Source: an uncultured delta proteobacterium | Lineage (GTDB): Bacteria; Desulfobacterota; Syntrophia; Syntrophales; UBA2185 | Reading direction: 5' to 3' | NCBI GenBank assembly: GCA_963729715.1 | Contig: CAVSPA010000004.1 | Location: 32,001 to 96,000, forward strand | DNA: 64,000 nucleotides | In this document: piece after piece, positions 1-12,153 of the stretch | Position numbering within the stretch: position 1 is the stretch's first letter | How the letters are laid out: the number at the start of each line of letters is the position of its first letter | The notes under the pieces: model-generated | The model's input: the letters and a program-made list of their open reading frames with translations, nothing else | Told to the model about the DNA's origin: nothing | The model's database searches: none | Position numbers and translations under genes: made by a program

Positions 1-1
1 T

Positions 2-187
2 TATGAAACAATTCATAACATAAGGGGTGCCGCAGAGAACCTCGGCATACCGGAAATGTCGGAAGTCGCAAAAGCAATGGAGCTTGAGGCACGGAAAGAT
101 GTACTCGCAGGCGCGGAAGAGGCGAGAGAAACTCTGGTTGAGAAACTTGGATATTTAACAAAAGTCTCTCATTTGAGGTACAATTAA
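2..187 (+). CDS. Hpt (histidine phosphotransfer) domain protein, 5'-partial
   Basis: Not in the ORF track. Frame 2 reads YETIHNIRGAAENLGIPEMSEVAKAME...YN-stop, matching the Hpt H-x-x-(K/R)G-A-A-x-x-L-G motif. It lies directly upstream of a hybrid kinase. Confidence 0.75.
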   Translation, partial: YETIHNIRGAAENLGIPEMSEVAKAMELEARKDVLAGAEEARETLVEKLGYLTKVSHLRYN

Positions 188-239
188 TGCATATTAAATT
201 GCAGTTATTATGTAGTCAACAGAGAATGAATTATCTTGA

Positions 240-2234
240 GTGATAGCCAAGGAGGCTGACAGCGTATCAATGGCGACCCAGATTCTCGAAACTACCAGTA
301 AGGGCTTAAATAGAGAGAAAAAGGTGTTGGTTGTAGACAACAACCCTGTAATGCTGAGCTTTATGAACAACTTACTGGTGAGCCACGGGTACCAGGTATC
401 AACTGCAGAAGATGGTCTGGCCGTCCTGAAGATTCTGGAAACCCAGAAGCCGGACGTCATAATTACTGACCTTATCATGCCGAATATCAGCGGTGAGAAG
501 CTATGCCGGACGATAAGAAAAATGCCGCACATGAACGATGTCTACGTCATTATTTTGTCAGCTGTTGCTGCCGAACATGAAACTGACCTGGCTGACCTCG
601 GCGCTAATGTCTGCATTGCCAAAGGCTCCTTCAATAAAATGTCGGAGCGGATCCTGGCAACTCTGGACAGATTAGATTCTTCTGCACCACATGTGTTCGC
701 GAATGAAATTATAGGAATACACGATACGTCACCACGCGATATTGCAAAGGAATTACTTTCTTTGAAGAGCCACTTGGAAGTTATTTTGTCAAGCATGTCA
801 GACGGAATCTTCGAAGTTACCTCTGAAGGAGATATTATCTACGCCAACCCGACCGCCATTTCCATTGTCGATTTACCGGAGGAAACGCTCCTGGCCTCAA
901 ATGTCCTTGAGTTATTTCACGAAATTGACCGGATGAAGGTGGACAAACTCTTTAAGAACGGGGAAAAGACCGCTCCAAATGCGAACGGTTCTTCCTATCG
1001 ACTCGTAAATGGTAAAGATGTTTCCCTCAGCATCCTGCCGATTAAGGACGAAGAGAATAAGGTAATCGTAATACTCAAAGACCTAAGCGATCGAAAGGTT
1101 CTTGAAGCAAGGCTGAGACAGGCTCACAAGATAGAGGCCATCGGCACATTAGCCGGTGGCATCGCCCATGATTTCAACAATCTTCTTATGGGTATCCAGG
1201 GGTATGCATCCCTCATCCTCTTCGATATGAATACAAACCATCCCCATTACGAAAAGCTAAAAAGAATTGAGGATCATGTGAGAAGCGGTGCTGAGTTGAC
1301 CAAGCAGCTTCTCGGATTCGCCCGTGGCGGGCGGTACGAGGTTGCGGTTGCAGACTTGAACGAGGTTATCGATAAGACTTCGACGATGTTTGGCAGGACA
1401 AAGAAGGAGATAACGATCCACAGAAAGTTTGAGGAAAATCTCTGGACGGTTGAGGTTGATCGCGGGCAGATCGAGCAGGTTTTCCTGAATCTCTACGTAA
1501 ATGCCTGGCAGGCTATGCCGGGAGGCGGAGATATATACCTGGAAACAACTAATGTTACTATCAATAAGGGATACATGAAACCCTTTTATGTGAAACCGGG
1601 AAGATACGTGAAGGTTTCTGTGACGGACACTGGTATGGGCATGGATGAAAAGACGAAGGAGAGGATATTCGAGCCGTTTTTCACGACGAAGGAGATGGGC
1701 AGAGGCACGGGCCTCGGGCTTGCATCCGTTTATGGCATCATCAAGGGTCATAACGGCATAATAAATGTCTACAGTGAGAAAGGGCACGGTGCGACATTCA
1801 CCGTCTATCTTCCCGCTTCGGAGAAGGAGTTTGTAAAGGAGGCTCACGTCCCCACAGACGTGGTAAAGGGCGAGGGCACGATCCTCCTCGTGGATGACGA
1901 AGAGATGATCGTTGAAGTGAGCCGCGAGCTGTTGGAAGTATTAGGATACCGTGTTCATGTGGCAAAGAATGGCAGGGATGCCGTAGAAATATATAAAGAG
2001 AAGCAGGCCGAGATCAATGTGGTTATTCTAGATATGATTATGCCAGGTATGGGAGGCGGGGAGACATTCGAGGTTCTTAAGTCAATAAACCCTGACGTCA
2101 GGGTGATCCTGTCGAGCGGGTACAGCATAAACGGCAAGGCAAAGGAAATTATGAAACGCGGCTGCAAGGCATTCATACAGAAGCCATTCCAGATGGGCGA
2201 CTTATCCGACAAAATAAAAAAGGTCTTAGATTAA
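240..2234 (+). CDS. Hybrid sensor histidine kinase (REC-PAS-HisKA-HATPase-REC); start may be ATG 270
   Basis: N-terminal receiver (VLVVDN, ITDLIMP), PAS, H-box AGGIAHDFNNLL, N/G boxes (FLNLYVNA, DTGMGM, GTGLGL), C-terminal receiver (LLVDDE, LDMIMP). Confidence 0.93.
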   Translation: MIAKEADSVSMATQILETTSKGLNREKKVLVVDNNPVMLSFMNNLLVSHGYQVSTAEDGLAVLKILETQKPDVIITDLIMPNISGEKLCRTIRKMPHMNDVYVIILSAVAAEHETDLADLGANVCIAKGSFNKMSERILATLDRLDSSAPHVFANEIIGIHDTSPRDIAKELLSLKSHLEVILSSMSDGIFEVTSEGDIIYANPTAISIVDLPEETLLASNVLELFHEIDRMKVDKLFKNGEKTAPNANGSSYRLVNGKDVSLSILPIKDEENKVIVILKDLSDRKVLEARLRQAHKIEAIGTLAGGIAHDFNNLLMGIQGYASLILFDMNTNHPHYEKLKRIEDHVRSGAELTKQLLGFARGGRYEVAVADLNEVIDKTSTMFGRTKKEITIHRKFEENLWTVEVDRGQIEQVFLNLYVNAWQAMPGGGDIYLETTNVTINKGYMKPFYVKPGRYVKVSVTDTGMGMDEKTKERIFEPFFTTKEMGRGTGLGLASVYGIIKGHNGIINVYSEKGHGATFTVYLPASEKEFVKEAHVPTDVVKGEGTILLVDDEEMIVEVSRELLEVLGYRVHVAKNGRDAVEIYKEKQAEINVVILDMIMPGMGGGETFEVLKSINPDVRVILSSGYSINGKAKEIMKRGCKAFIQKPFQMGDLSDKIKKVLD

Positions 2235-2402
2235 ACAATCATTAAGATACAATTGATTTCGAATCTTTCAATATATGCAGCTGCCTGCAGCTGCTGTTAA
2301 GTATGGCTCTGCATATCCCTTTCGGTCTCCCACGAACAAGAAACTAAAAGAAGTATCTGCGGAAATCAAACGCTACGAAAAATGAGACTGTAACAATGTC
2401 CT

Positions 2403-2427
2403 GCGAGGGGAAATGTATTTCCCCCGC
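2403..2427. repeat. GC-rich intergenic hairpin (REP-like or terminator)
   Basis: GCGAGGGGAAAT-GT-ATTTCCCCCGC near-perfect inverted repeat. Confidence 0.45.
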
Positions 2428-2615
2428 GGCCCCCGTCCGCCATTGATTGCCTAAAGCTCACACGTCTCTTGACCTCACCGCGGAAGACGCAAATGAAATA
2501 ATTATGCGAAACGCTCTCGCCGTAAAAGCGCCCGGACTGAATTTTTCGGAGTTAAAAATTTGTTGACTATAAATTGCCCTTATATTAGTTGTTTAACCTT
2601 ATCCGAAGTTTGCTA

Positions 2616-2652
2616 CGGAGAATCTTTGGTTCTTAAGGAACAGTATCGTCCG
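2616..2652 (+). repeat. Degenerate partial copy of the palindromic element at 37290-37407
   Basis: CGGAGAATCTTtggTTCTTAAGGAACAGTatCGTcCG matches the reverse complement of 37348-37384 at 32/37 nt (manual alignment). Confidence 0.7.
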
Positions 2653-2756
2653 CATGCGGCGAACATGGCCTTTCGCGGCTACTCGAAGGATTGAAGTGAA
2701 TGGAGCATGGGCAATCTTATAGTGCCCGCAATAACTATTTAGGATGATTGTAGAGA

Positions 2757-4082
2757 TTGCAGAAAAAATTATTTATCTACACATTTGGCTGTCAGATGAA
2801 TGTCCACGATTCTGAAAAGATCGCGGCATTGATGGAGAAGTCGGGATACGCCAGCGTGGACGATGCCGGGAAGGCCGACCTTATCATCATCAACACGTGC
2901 AGTATTAGAGAAAAGGCTGCACAGAAGGTATACAGTCAGCTGGGCAGGCTGAGAGAATTTAAGAAAAGGAAACCCAAACTCATCATTGGAGTGGGGGGGT
3001 GTCTTGCTCAACAGTGGGGATCGAAGTTCATCGAAAGAGTTCCTCACCTCGATCTGGTTTTCGGGACACATAACATACACAGTCTTCCCGATTTGGTAAC
3101 GACGATTGAAAAGACGAGGCTTCCTGTAGTTCGCACGGAATTTCATGAGAGAGTGAAGTCTCTTGGCATCCTGGCACCAACTGAAAATGGCAATGTGACG
3201 GCATATGTAACCATAATGCAAGGCTGCAATAATTTTTGTTCCTACTGTGTCGTTCCTCATTTGCGGGGCAAAGAGGAGAGCAGATCATTGCCGGAGATTG
3301 TAAAGGAAGTGGAGGTGCTGGCCGGTCGCGGCATTAAAGAAGTTACACTCCTTGGGCAGAATGTCAATTCATACGGCAAGGCCATCGGCAATGGACATGA
3401 CTTTGCAGATTTACTGCACGAAATCGGGTCGATCACGGGTATCGAAAGGATAAGATTTACTACCTCGCACCCGAAGGACCTCTCTGACAGACTGGTACGC
3501 TGTTTTTCAGAGGTCGATAAATTATGTGAACATATTCATCTTCCCGTGCAGACAGGTTCTGACAGAGTCCTTGAAATGATGAACAGATGTTATACAAATG
3601 CCGAATATTGTGAGAGGGTGGATAAGCTCAGGTCCGTATGCCCGGAGATCAGCATTACTTCAGACATTATTGTAGGATTTCCCGGCGAAACAGACGGGGA
3701 TTTTCAAGCAACAATTGACATGATGGAAAAAATCAGGTTTGATAACTTGTTCTCTTTCAAGTACTCGGAACGGGATGGGACTGCCGCAGTAGAACTCGGC
3801 GACAAGGTGAGCGAATACGTTAAAAATGATAGGCTCAAAATTGTCCAGGCCCTTCAAGAAAAGCATACCTTGGAAAGAAATGAGGCGATGATAGGGAATA
3901 AGGAAGAAATTCTCGTTGAGGAAATAAGCAAGAACTCCAAAGAAGATGTGACAGGCAGAACACGCACCAATAAGATTGTGAACTTCAGGGGAGGCCGTGA
4001 AATGATCGGCAACGCTGTGCCTGTTTTGATTACCGGCGGGTATCAACATTCTCTGAGGGGGAGGTTACTGAATGTTAATTAA
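2757..4082 (+). CDS. miaB: tRNA-2-methylthio-N6-dimethylallyladenosine synthase
   Basis: TFGCQMNVHDSE, NTCSIREKA, radical SAM motif GCNNFCSYC, C-terminal TRAM domain. Confidence 0.95.
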   Translation: MQKKLFIYTFGCQMNVHDSEKIAALMEKSGYASVDDAGKADLIIINTCSIREKAAQKVYSQLGRLREFKKRKPKLIIGVGGCLAQQWGSKFIERVPHLDLVFGTHNIHSLPDLVTTIEKTRLPVVRTEFHERVKSLGILAPTENGNVTAYVTIMQGCNNFCSYCVVPHLRGKEESRSLPEIVKEVEVLAGRGIKEVTLLGQNVNSYGKAIGNGHDFADLLHEIGSITGIERIRFTTSHPKDLSDRLVRCFSEVDKLCEHIHLPVQTGSDRVLEMMNRCYTNAEYCERVDKLRSVCPEISITSDIIVGFPGETDGDFQATIDMMEKIRFDNLFSFKYSERDGTAAVELGDKVSEYVKNDRLKIVQALQEKHTLERNEAMIGNKEEILVEEISKNSKEDVTGRTRTNKIVNFRGGREMIGNAVPVLITGGYQHSLRGRLLNVN

Positions 4083-4572
4083 GATGAAGGTTGCAGGATT
4101 AACGATAGACCCGCTGACGAATACGCCCATCGTAATTTTAAAGGATATGGATGAGAAAAAGGCCATTCCTATATGGATAGGTCTTTTTGAGGCAAGTGCC
4201 ATTGCGACGGAGTTGGAGAAGATCACTTTTTCCAGGCCCATGACTCACGATCTCATTTATGAAATTCTGAAGGCTGTCAATATAGAGGTAATCCAGATTG
4301 AGATCCATGACCTCAGGAATAACACCTTTTTTGCCAATGTCCATCTGTTAAGAAGCGGCGAGACAGTAGTTGTTGACTCCCGGCCGAGTGACGCCATTGC
4401 CCTCGCCTTGCGCGCCAATGCCCCCATATATGTGGATGAAAAGGTCATCGAGAAATCGAGGAATGTTGACTTCGGCAAGAAAATAACGGACCTCGATACT
4501 TTAAAGGATGATAAATTGAAAGAATTTTTGGAGAATCTTTCTCCTGACGATTTTGGAAAATATAAGATGTGA
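4072..4572 (+). CDS. Bifunctional nuclease family protein (DUF151)
   Basis: PIWIGLFEA, RPMTHDL and DSRPSDAIALA motifs. Confidence 0.9.
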   Translation: MLIKMKVAGLTIDPLTNTPIVILKDMDEKKAIPIWIGLFEASAIATELEKITFSRPMTHDLIYEILKAVNIEVIQIEIHDLRNNTFFANVHLLRSGETVVVDSRPSDAIALALRANAPIYVDEKVIEKSRNVDFGKKITDLDTLKDDKLKEFLENLSPDDFGKYKM

Positions 4573-4742
4573 GGCCTTTGCGATATCTGAGAGTTAAGAA
4601 CACTGATCAATATAATAGGCTGCAGCCTTACAGGATTTGATTTCCATCAATAAGTGACTGTAACAGTTTTTATGTTCGCCACGAGAGAGTACGGACGTGC
4701 TTGTATTTGAAAAAACTTCGTGGCTCTTATTTTTTGAGAGAT

Positions 4743-5723
4743 ATGGAAAGGGAAATTGCAAATTTTGGGATTCACATGGAGGTTGAGAGGAATCTCTCGC
4801 CGAATACAAGAAAGAATTACATTGCCGATCTCAGGCAATTCAAGGCCTTTCTTGACGCGAACAACATATCTGCGAAGGTAGATGATATGGAAGGCATGAT
4901 TGACGTTGACCACATGGTCATCAGAGCCTTCTTGGGATCTCTCTATCGTGAAAAGCTCAAGAAGGTAACAATATCGAGGAAGGTTACTGCTCTCAGGACT
5001 TTTTTCAATTATCTTGAACGCAAAGGAAAGATAAAGGTCAATCCCGGGCAGATGGTGCAGGGTCCAAAGATAGAGAAATATGTGCCTCAATTCCTGTCGG
5101 TGGAAGAAATGTTCAGTCTGCTGAACTCAAAAATCCCGACACACGCCTTTGGTTTGAGGGACAGGGCCATTGTTGAGTTATTTTATTCTTCGGGTATTCG
5201 CCTCTCTGAACTTGCAGGCCTAAACAGGCGTGATGTGGATTACAGCCTGGGCCTCATGAAAATCAGGGGAAAGGGAAAGAAAGAACGGATGGTCCCGGTT
5301 GGCGATAAGGCAGTTGCTGCCCTGAAAACATATCTTGAAAAAAGAAATGAAATCTCTCCGGGAAATACAAAGACTGGTTCGGATGAACCGATCTTCATCA
5401 ACAGAGCAGGCACGAGGCTGAGTACGAGGAGTGTGGCAAGGATCCTGGATAAACTGGTGCTTGCGAGCGGACTGGGGAAAAAAATAAGTCCCCACATGCT
5501 AAGACACACCTTCGCAACGCATATGATGGAAGCAGGCGCTGATCTCAGGGCCATTCAGGAATTTCTCGGTCATGAGAGCCTTTCGACAACGCAAAAGTAC
5601 ATGTCTGTCACCGTCGGCAGGCTGCTGGAGGTTTACGATAAGGCCCATCCGAAGGCCAGAGGTAATAAACCCGAAAAAGAGGAAGTTCACGCAGGAGAGA
5701 ATAATGCAACAGAGGCGAAGTGA
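4743..5723 (+). CDS. xerC: Tyrosine recombinase XerC (ATG 4743 preferred over the track start at 4701)
   Basis: [47 protein letters not shown]; conserved xerC-hslVU order. Confidence 0.88.
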   Translation: MEREIANFGIHMEVERNLSPNTRKNYIADLRQFKAFLDANNISAKVDDMEGMIDVDHMVIRAFLGSLYREKLKKVTISRKVTALRTFFNYLERKGKIKVNPGQMVQGPKIEKYVPQFLSVEEMFSLLNSKIPTHAFGLRDRAIVELFYSSGIRLSELAGLNRRDVDYSLGLMKIRGKGKKERMVPVGDKAVAALKTYLEKRNEISPGNTKTGSDEPIFINRAGTRLSTRSVARILDKLVLASGLGKKISPHMLRHTFATHMMEAGADLRAIQEFLGHESLSTTQKYMSVTVGRLLEVYDKAHPKARGNKPEKEEVHAGENNATEAK

Positions 5724-5758
5724 TCAAGAAGACTCTTCGCGGGAGGTCTAAAGCGCTC

Positions 5759-6337
5759 ATGAATATAAGAGGAACAACGATATTGGCCGTCAGGCACAAT
5801 GGAAAAGTCACAGTCGCCGGCGATGGTCAGGTTACAGTTGATGTCACGATAATGAAGCACGGGGCCAGAAAGGTCCGCAGACTATACAATAATCAGGTCA
5901 TTGTCGGTTTTGCGGGTGCAACGGCTGACGCCTTCACCCTCTTTGACCGCTTCGATCAGAAGCTTGAGCAGTACAAGGGCAATCTATTGAGGGCCGCCGT
6001 TGAACTCACGAAGGACTGGAGGACGGACAGGGTATTGAGGCATCTGGAGGCATTAATGATTGCCGTGAGCAAAGAGCACTTCCTGATCATTTCAGGAAAC
6101 GGAGATGTCATCGAATCCGATGACGATGTAATGGCGATAGGGTCCGGGGGGCCTTACGCTCTCGCAGCGGCGCGCGCGCTTATCAGGTATTCGGGTTTGA
6201 CGGCAACGGAGATAGCAAAAGAGGCCCTTAAGATAGCGTCAGAAATATGTATTTACACAAATGACAATATTACCGTCGAGGAGTTGGACGTTAATCCGAA
6301 ACCGGACGGTAGGAGCGACAGGAAATCGAAGCAATAA
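5759..6337 (+). CDS. hslV: ATP-dependent protease peptidase subunit HslV
   Basis: GTTILAV catalytic Thr, [22 protein letters not shown]. Confidence 0.96.
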   Translation: MNIRGTTILAVRHNGKVTVAGDGQVTVDVTIMKHGARKVRRLYNNQVIVGFAGATADAFTLFDRFDQKLEQYKGNLLRAAVELTKDWRTDRVLRHLEALMIAVSKEHFLIISGNGDVIESDDDVMAIGSGGPYALAAARALIRYSGLTATEIAKEALKIASEICIYTNDNITVEELDVNPKPDGRSDRKSKQ

Positions 6338-6448
6338 ATTGGTTGGAATAGGGTCGAGACTTTTACCGCAGTGACCATGATCTGTGGTGCAAGCTGTGCT
6401 TTGAATTTGTAAAGAAACTGTCATGGATGGGAAAAGGCAAAAATTATT

Positions 6449-7831
6449 ATGTCATCTAAGGAATTAACGCCGCGGCAGATCGTGGAAAGATTGGACAAGT
6501 ACATCATCGGTCAAGGCGAGGCCAAGAAGGCGGTGGCGATCGCGCTCAGAAACAGGTGGAGGCGCCAGAATGTGACGAAAGAACTGGCAGAAGAAATATC
6601 TCCGAAGAACATCATCATGATCGGGCCAACCGGCGTAGGCAAGACGGAGATCGCCCGGAGACTGGCGAAGCTCGAAAACTCCCCTTTCCTGAAAGTGGAG
6701 GCGTCAAAGTTTACCGAGGTCGGTTACGTCGGCAGGGATGTGGAATCCATGGTTCGCGATCTCGTTGAACTGGCCGTGAACATGATTAAATCGGAAGAGC
6801 AGGAGAATGTAAAGCCCAAGGCGGCTGAGCTGGCGGAGGAAAGACTTCTCGATGTTCTGCTGCCGCCAAAGCCTGTGGAGAGGAAGGTGGAAGATCTCAT
6901 TTCCGACAGACACCTGGAATTGCACGAAGCCGGAGAGCCTCTGCAAATTGATAATACTCGTGAAAAGATGCGGAGACTTCTCCGCGAGGGGAAGCTTGAT
7001 GGCCGCTTTGTGGAATTAGAGATATCGGAAACGAGAAGCGGCCCGATGATAGAAGTATTTACATCTTCCGGCATCGAGGATATGGGTTTGAACATCAAGG
7101 AGATGTTTGGAAATATCTTTCCGCAGAAGAAAAAGAAGCGAAGGGTGAAAGTTCCCGAGGCGCTGGAAATATTGGGACAGGAAGAGGCCCAGAGACTGGT
7201 GGACATGGACAAGGTTACAAGAACCGCCGTCGAAAGGGTTGAGCAGTCGGGCATCATCTTCCTCGATGAGATTGATAAGATCGTGGGTAGCGATTCAACG
7301 CACGGCCCGGATGTTTCAAGAGAAGGCGTTCAAAGGGACCTCCTCCCCATTGTGGAAGGTTCCACGGTAAACACACGCTATGGAATGGTTAAGACGGACC
7401 ACATACTTTTTATCTCTGCGGGTGCATTCAGCTCCTCGAAGCCATCCGACCTGATCCCTGAGCTTCAGGGGCGGTTTCCCATCAGGGTCGAGCTGGATTC
7501 CCTCGGGAAGGAGGAGTTCATCCGCATCCTGACGGAACCGCATAATGCCCTTATCAGGCAGTATATAGAAATGATGGCCACCGAGCAGGTCAAGCTGTCA
7601 TTCACGGACGATGCAATTGCGGAGGTCGCCGAAGTGGCGGCAGTGGTGAACGAGAGAACGGAAAACATAGGGGCCAGGCGGCTCTACACCATTATGGAGA
7701 CTCTCCTCGATGACATCTCCTTCGATGCCCCCGATATGGCGGGGAAGGAAGTAGTCATTGATGCCAATTATGTGAAGGAGAAACTCGAGAACATCGTCGA
7801 GGATGAAGACTTGAGCAGGTACATCCTTTAA
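6449..7831 (+). CDS. hslU: ATP-dependent protease ATPase subunit HslU
   Basis: [40 protein letters not shown]-terminal DLSRYIL. Confidence 0.97.
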   Translation: MSSKELTPRQIVERLDKYIIGQGEAKKAVAIALRNRWRRQNVTKELAEEISPKNIIMIGPTGVGKTEIARRLAKLENSPFLKVEASKFTEVGYVGRDVESMVRDLVELAVNMIKSEEQENVKPKAAELAEERLLDVLLPPKPVERKVEDLISDRHLELHEAGEPLQIDNTREKMRRLLREGKLDGRFVELEISETRSGPMIEVFTSSGIEDMGLNIKEMFGNIFPQKKKKRRVKVPEALEILGQEEAQRLVDMDKVTRTAVERVEQSGIIFLDEIDKIVGSDSTHGPDVSREGVQRDLLPIVEGSTVNTRYGMVKTDHILFISAGAFSSSKPSDLIPELQGRFPIRVELDSLGKEEFIRILTEPHNALIRQYIEMMATEQVKLSFTDDAIAEVAEVAAVVNERTENIGARRLYTIMETLLDDISFDAPDMAGKEVVIDANYVKEKLENIVEDEDLSRYIL

Positions 7832-7843
7832 CGGGAGATTAGT

Positions 7844-8734
7844 ATGGATACTATAGGGAAGTCCATTGAGCGGGCCGAAATTTTGCTGGAGGCCCTCCCT
7901 TATATACGCAGGTTTTATAACAAGACCGTCGTCATCAAGTACGGCGGCCATGCCATGGTCGATGCGGAGCTGAAGGATCAGTTCGCCAAGGATGTGGTTA
8001 TGATGAAGTATATAGGCATCCATCCTGTGGTTGTTCACGGGGGCGGCCCGCAGATCGGCAGCTTCCTGAAAAAACTGGGCAAGGACTCTAAGTTTGTCCA
8101 GGGCATGCGGGTAACTGATGAAGAGACAATGGACATTGTAGAGATGGTCCTCGTGGGCAAGGTTAACAAGGAAATTGTTGGTCTCATAAATCAACACGGC
8201 GGCAAGGCGGTGGGTCTCAGCGGAAAGGACGGCAATCTGATCCGGGCGGAAAAATATTATCTGAGTGAAGAGAAGGCAAAGGCTACGCCTCCGGAAATTA
8301 TCGACATCGGCCTCGTAGGGAAGGTCAAGAGCATCAATGCAGAGTTGATTGTTTCCCTCGAGAATAATGGTTTTATTCCTGTCATCGCTCCCACCGGCCT
8401 GGGAGACAATGGCGAGACATATAATATAAATGCGGATATCGTTGCCGGCGAAGTGGCGGCTGCGCTTAAGGCGGAGAAATTGGTTCTCTTGACTGATGTG
8501 GAAGGTGTTGTCAATGCAGACGGGCATTTGGTCAATACCATGACGGACAGGGACGTTGTGAGCATGATAGATACCGGGACTATAAGCGGAGGCATGTATC
8601 CTAAGGTTAAGTGCTGTCTCAAAGCGCTTAACGGTGGTGTAAAGAAAACCCATATTGTGGACGGGCGTTTGAAGCATGCAGTGCTTCTCGAAATGTTTAC
8701 GGATAGAGGCATAGGAACAGAAATAGTTTTGTAA
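7844..8734 (+). CDS. argB: Acetylglutamate kinase
   Basis: [27 protein letters not shown]. Confidence 0.96.
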   Translation: MDTIGKSIERAEILLEALPYIRRFYNKTVVIKYGGHAMVDAELKDQFAKDVVMMKYIGIHPVVVHGGGPQIGSFLKKLGKDSKFVQGMRVTDEETMDIVEMVLVGKVNKEIVGLINQHGGKAVGLSGKDGNLIRAEKYYLSEEKAKATPPEIIDIGLVGKVKSINAELIVSLENNGFIPVIAPTGLGDNGETYNINADIVAGEVAAALKAEKLVLLTDVEGVVNADGHLVNTMTDRDVVSMIDTGTISGGMYPKVKCCLKALNGGVKKTHIVDGRLKHAVLLEMFTDRGIGTEIVL

Positions 8735-8816
8735 GAGATCTTTGAGATTGCCTTCGAAGGTGCTCAGGGCCAGTTCTCAGCTTAGTAAAGTATTTTAAGA
8801 CTAAGGTGGTTGATAA

Positions 8817-10007
8817 ATGACAACAGATGAATTAATGGTGCTATCAGATAAATATATTATGTCGACTTATAAACGCTTTCCCATAGTGCTCGTGAGGGGC
8901 TCCGGCGCAAAGGTCTGGGACAGCAACGGGAAAGAATACCTTGACTTCGTTGCAGGGATTGCCGTTTGCAGCCTGGGACATTCGCATCCTAAAGTGGTTG
9001 AGGCAATAAAGAAGCAGGTGGAGATTCTTACCCATGTGTCCAACCTCTACCATATAGAACCGCAGATTCTTTATGCACAGAAACTCATGGAAAACTCTTT
9101 CGCCAACAAGGCGTTCTTCTGCAATAGCGGGGCTGAGGCAAATGAAGCAGCGATAAAACTTGCCAGGAAGTATGCCTATGAGAACATGGGCGCGGGAAAA
9201 TATGAACTGATTACCATGAAAGATTCTTTCCACGGGAGAACGATGGCGACGGTGACTGCGACCGGACAGACTAAGTTTCAAGTCGGGTTTGCGCCGCTTC
9301 TGGAGGGATTCCAACATGTGCCGTTTGACGATATTTCTGCGCTCAGCCACGCAATTACGGATAAAACATGCGGAGTCATGCTGGAGCCGATCCAGGGAGA
9401 AGGGGGCGTAAAGATTCCTGATGACAAGTATCTTTCAAAAGTGAGAAGAATCTGCGATGAAAAGGGAATACTCATGATTCTTGACGAGGTTCAGGTGGGG
9501 ATGGCAAGGACGGGAACCCTTTTCGCTTACGAACATTATAATGTAGAGCCTGATATCGTCACGCTGGCAAAGGCCGTCGGCAATGGCTTCCCCGTAGGCG
9601 TGATGATGGCCACCGATCGTGTTGCATCTGCGTTTCAGCCGGGCAGTCATGCCTCAACCTTCGGCGGAAATCCTCTCGCCATGGCGGCAGCGCTGGCAAC
9701 CCTGGATGCCATCCTGAAGGATGGTATTCTCGAAAATGTGAGGAAGGTAGGGGCTTATTTCATAAAGAGGCTGCACGAGCTGAAAAAAAAGTCATCCATC
9801 ATAAAGGAAATAAGAGGGAGAGGTTTGATCATCGGCATAGAGATCAGCATCGACGGGTCGCCGATAGTCAATGCGTGCATGGACCGGGGCTTGTTGATCA
9901 ATTGCACCGGTGGAAGCGTTCTTCGATTCGTCCCGCCATTGACTATTACGGAGAAAGATGTAGATGCTGCCGTGGCAATTCTGGGCGAGGTGATTAAAGA
10001 TAAATGA
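8817..10007 (+). CDS. argD: Acetylornithine aminotransferase
   Basis: Class III PLP aminotransferase (NSGAEANE, FHGRT, DEVQVG, LAKA, STFGGNP) inside the arg operon. Confidence 0.94.
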   Translation: MTTDELMVLSDKYIMSTYKRFPIVLVRGSGAKVWDSNGKEYLDFVAGIAVCSLGHSHPKVVEAIKKQVEILTHVSNLYHIEPQILYAQKLMENSFANKAFFCNSGAEANEAAIKLARKYAYENMGAGKYELITMKDSFHGRTMATVTATGQTKFQVGFAPLLEGFQHVPFDDISALSHAITDKTCGVMLEPIQGEGGVKIPDDKYLSKVRRICDEKGILMILDEVQVGMARTGTLFAYEHYNVEPDIVTLAKAVGNGFPVGVMMATDRVASAFQPGSHASTFGGNPLAMAAALATLDAILKDGILENVRKVGAYFIKRLHELKKKSSIIKEIRGRGLIIGIEISIDGSPIVNACMDRGLLINCTGGSVLRFVPPLTITEKDVDAAVAILGEVIKDK

Positions 10008-10921
10008 AAAAGGATTTCCTAAGCCTCTATGATCTTGATCGGGATGATTTTGAGGCGGTATTCGAAAAGGCTGATAAGGTCAAAAAGATGCTCAAGGCGG
10101 GTGTATCCCATACGCCGCTTACCGGGAAGACCCTCGGGATGATTTTTGATAAATCGTCCACGAGAACCCGAATATCTTTTGAGGTTGGCATCTATCAATT
10201 GGGAGGAATGGCTTTATTCCTGAACAATCGCGATACCCAAGTCGGCAGAGGTGAGGATATCTCCGATACTGCACGGGTCATCTCGCGGTACCTTGACGCC
10301 GTCGTGATAAGGACATATTCCCAATCCTTCGTGGAAGACTTCGCCCGATACGCGACTATCCCCGTCATTAACGGCCTGACGGATGAGCAGCATCCCTGTC
10401 AGATCTTGAGCGACCTTTTCACCATCATGGAGAAGAAGGGTAGATATGAGGGGTTGAAGGTTGCCTATGTAGGAGACGGCAACAATGTCGCAAACTCGTG
10501 GATTGACGCGGCAGCCAGGCTTCCTATCCGGCTCAGTATTGCGTGTCCGGAAAAATACGAGCCTGCGCATGACATATTGGAAAGAGGCACGAAAAAGGCA
10601 GAGGGCAGCATAACTCTCTATCGTAAGCCCGCTGATGCCGTCAAGGATGCAGACGTAATCTACACGGATGTCTGGACTAGTATGGGTCAGGAGGCGGAAA
10701 AGGAGGAGAGGGGAAAAATATTCAGAGGTTATCAGATCAACGAAGAAATGCTCGCCCGTGCACGGAAAGACGCTATTGTCATGCACTGCCTGCCCGCCCA
10801 CCGGGGCGAGGAGATAACGGACGATGTTATCGATGGTCCCCATTCTGTGGTGATTGATCAGGCGGAGAATCGCCTGCATGTGCAGAAGGCGGTAATGGAG
10901 ATATTGATTTTAGGAGGATAA
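10004..10921 (+). CDS. argF: Ornithine carbamoyltransferase
   Basis: SSTRTR, HPCQ, DVWTSMG, HCLP. Confidence 0.96.
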   Translation: MKKDFLSLYDLDRDDFEAVFEKADKVKKMLKAGVSHTPLTGKTLGMIFDKSSTRTRISFEVGIYQLGGMALFLNNRDTQVGRGEDISDTARVISRYLDAVVIRTYSQSFVEDFARYATIPVINGLTDEQHPCQILSDLFTIMEKKGRYEGLKVAYVGDGNNVANSWIDAAARLPIRLSIACPEKYEPAHDILERGTKKAEGSITLYRKPADAVKDADVIYTDVWTSMGQEAEKEERGKIFRGYQINEEMLARARKDAIVMHCLPAHRGEEITDDVIDGPHSVVIDQAENRLHVQKAVMEILILGG

Positions 10922-10925
10922 GGTC

Positions 10926-12143
10926 TTGGCAGATAAGGTGAAGAAAGTAGTGCTGGCCTATTCAGGAGGATTGGATACATCCGTCATTCTGAAATGGCTG
11001 ATTGAGACGTACAAGTGCGAGGTAATTGCTTTTGCGGCCGATATAGGTCAGGAAGAGGAGCTCACCGGCCTCAGGGAAAAGGCGCAAAAAACAGGCGCCA
11101 GCAAGATTTATATAGACAATTTACAGGAAGAATTCGTGAAAGACTTTGTCTTTCCCGCTCTCCGGGCTAATGCCATCTATGAGGGCACCTATCTCATGGG
11201 CACATCGCTTGCGAGGCCTCTTATCGCAAAAAGGCAAATTGAGATTGCGAGAGCGGAAGGGGCTGACGCAGTCTCCCATGGTTCCACGGGCAAAGGAAAT
11301 GATCAGGTGCGATTCGAGTTGACATACACGGCCCTGAACCCAGCCGTCAGGATCATTGCGGCATGGAGGGACCCGAATTGGTTCTTTGATTCCCGAGGCT
11401 CCATGATCGATTATGCTAAGAAGCACGGCATCCCTGTGGCCATAACGAAGAAAAAGCCGTACAGCAGCGACAGGAATCTTCTTCACATTTCTCACGAGGG
11501 CGGGATCCTCGAAGACCCCTGGAGGGAGCCCCCGGAAGACATGTTCGTGTTGACGATGGCCCCGGAGAAAGCGCCTGACCGCGCTACATACGTGGAAATC
11601 GATTTCCGGAAAGGGAATCCCGTGGCGATCGATGGGGTGAAGTTGAGTGGCGCAAAGCTTCTCCGCAGGATGAACAAATTGGCGGGGGCCAACGGCATCG
11701 GCAGGGTCGACATGGTGGAAAACCGTTTTGTCGGCATGAAATCAAGGGGCGTTTATGAAACACCCGGCGGTACGGTGCTCTGGGCGGCCCATCGCGCCGT
11801 AGAATCTATTACGATGGATCGCGAAGTGATGTTGCTGCGTGATTCCCTGATTCCCAAGTATGCACAGCTCGTCTACAATGGTTTCTGGTATTCACCGGAG
11901 ATGAAGGTGCTGCAGAAGTTCATTGACGAAACGCAGGAAAATGTCACGGGGACTGCGCGTCTGAAGTTGTACAAGGGGAATTGCATCGTTGTCGGACGCA
12001 AGTCACCGAACTCGCTTTACAGCGAGGAATTTGTTACCTTCGAAAAAGACAGGGTCTACGACCAGAAGGATGCCACTGGCTTCATAAGGCTCAATGCTCT
12101 GAGGCTGAAGATTCAGGCGTTTATGAAAAAAGGAAAAGTGTAA
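10926..12143 (+). CDS. argG: Argininosuccinate synthase
   Basis: [40 protein letters not shown]. Confidence 0.97.
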   Translation: MADKVKKVVLAYSGGLDTSVILKWLIETYKCEVIAFAADIGQEEELTGLREKAQKTGASKIYIDNLQEEFVKDFVFPALRANAIYEGTYLMGTSLARPLIAKRQIEIARAEGADAVSHGSTGKGNDQVRFELTYTALNPAVRIIAAWRDPNWFFDSRGSMIDYAKKHGIPVAITKKKPYSSDRNLLHISHEGGILEDPWREPPEDMFVLTMAPEKAPDRATYVEIDFRKGNPVAIDGVKLSGAKLLRRMNKLAGANGIGRVDMVENRFVGMKSRGVYETPGGTVLWAAHRAVESITMDREVMLLRDSLIPKYAQLVYNGFWYSPEMKVLQKFIDETQENVTGTARLKLYKGNCIVVGRKSPNSLYSEEFVTFEKDRVYDQKDATGFIRLNALRLKIQAFMKKGKV

Positions 12144-12153
12144 GGACAAGCTG

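Noticed and set aside
4743..5723. Prophage or island integrase
   Set aside because: It sits in the housekeeping xerC-hslV-hslU arrangement with no phage genes or att sites.
7598..8677. 359-aa antisense ORF, and similar long shadow ORFs elsewhere
   Set aside because: It lies antisense to well-conserved hslU/argB and has no recognisable motif, as expected from codon bias.
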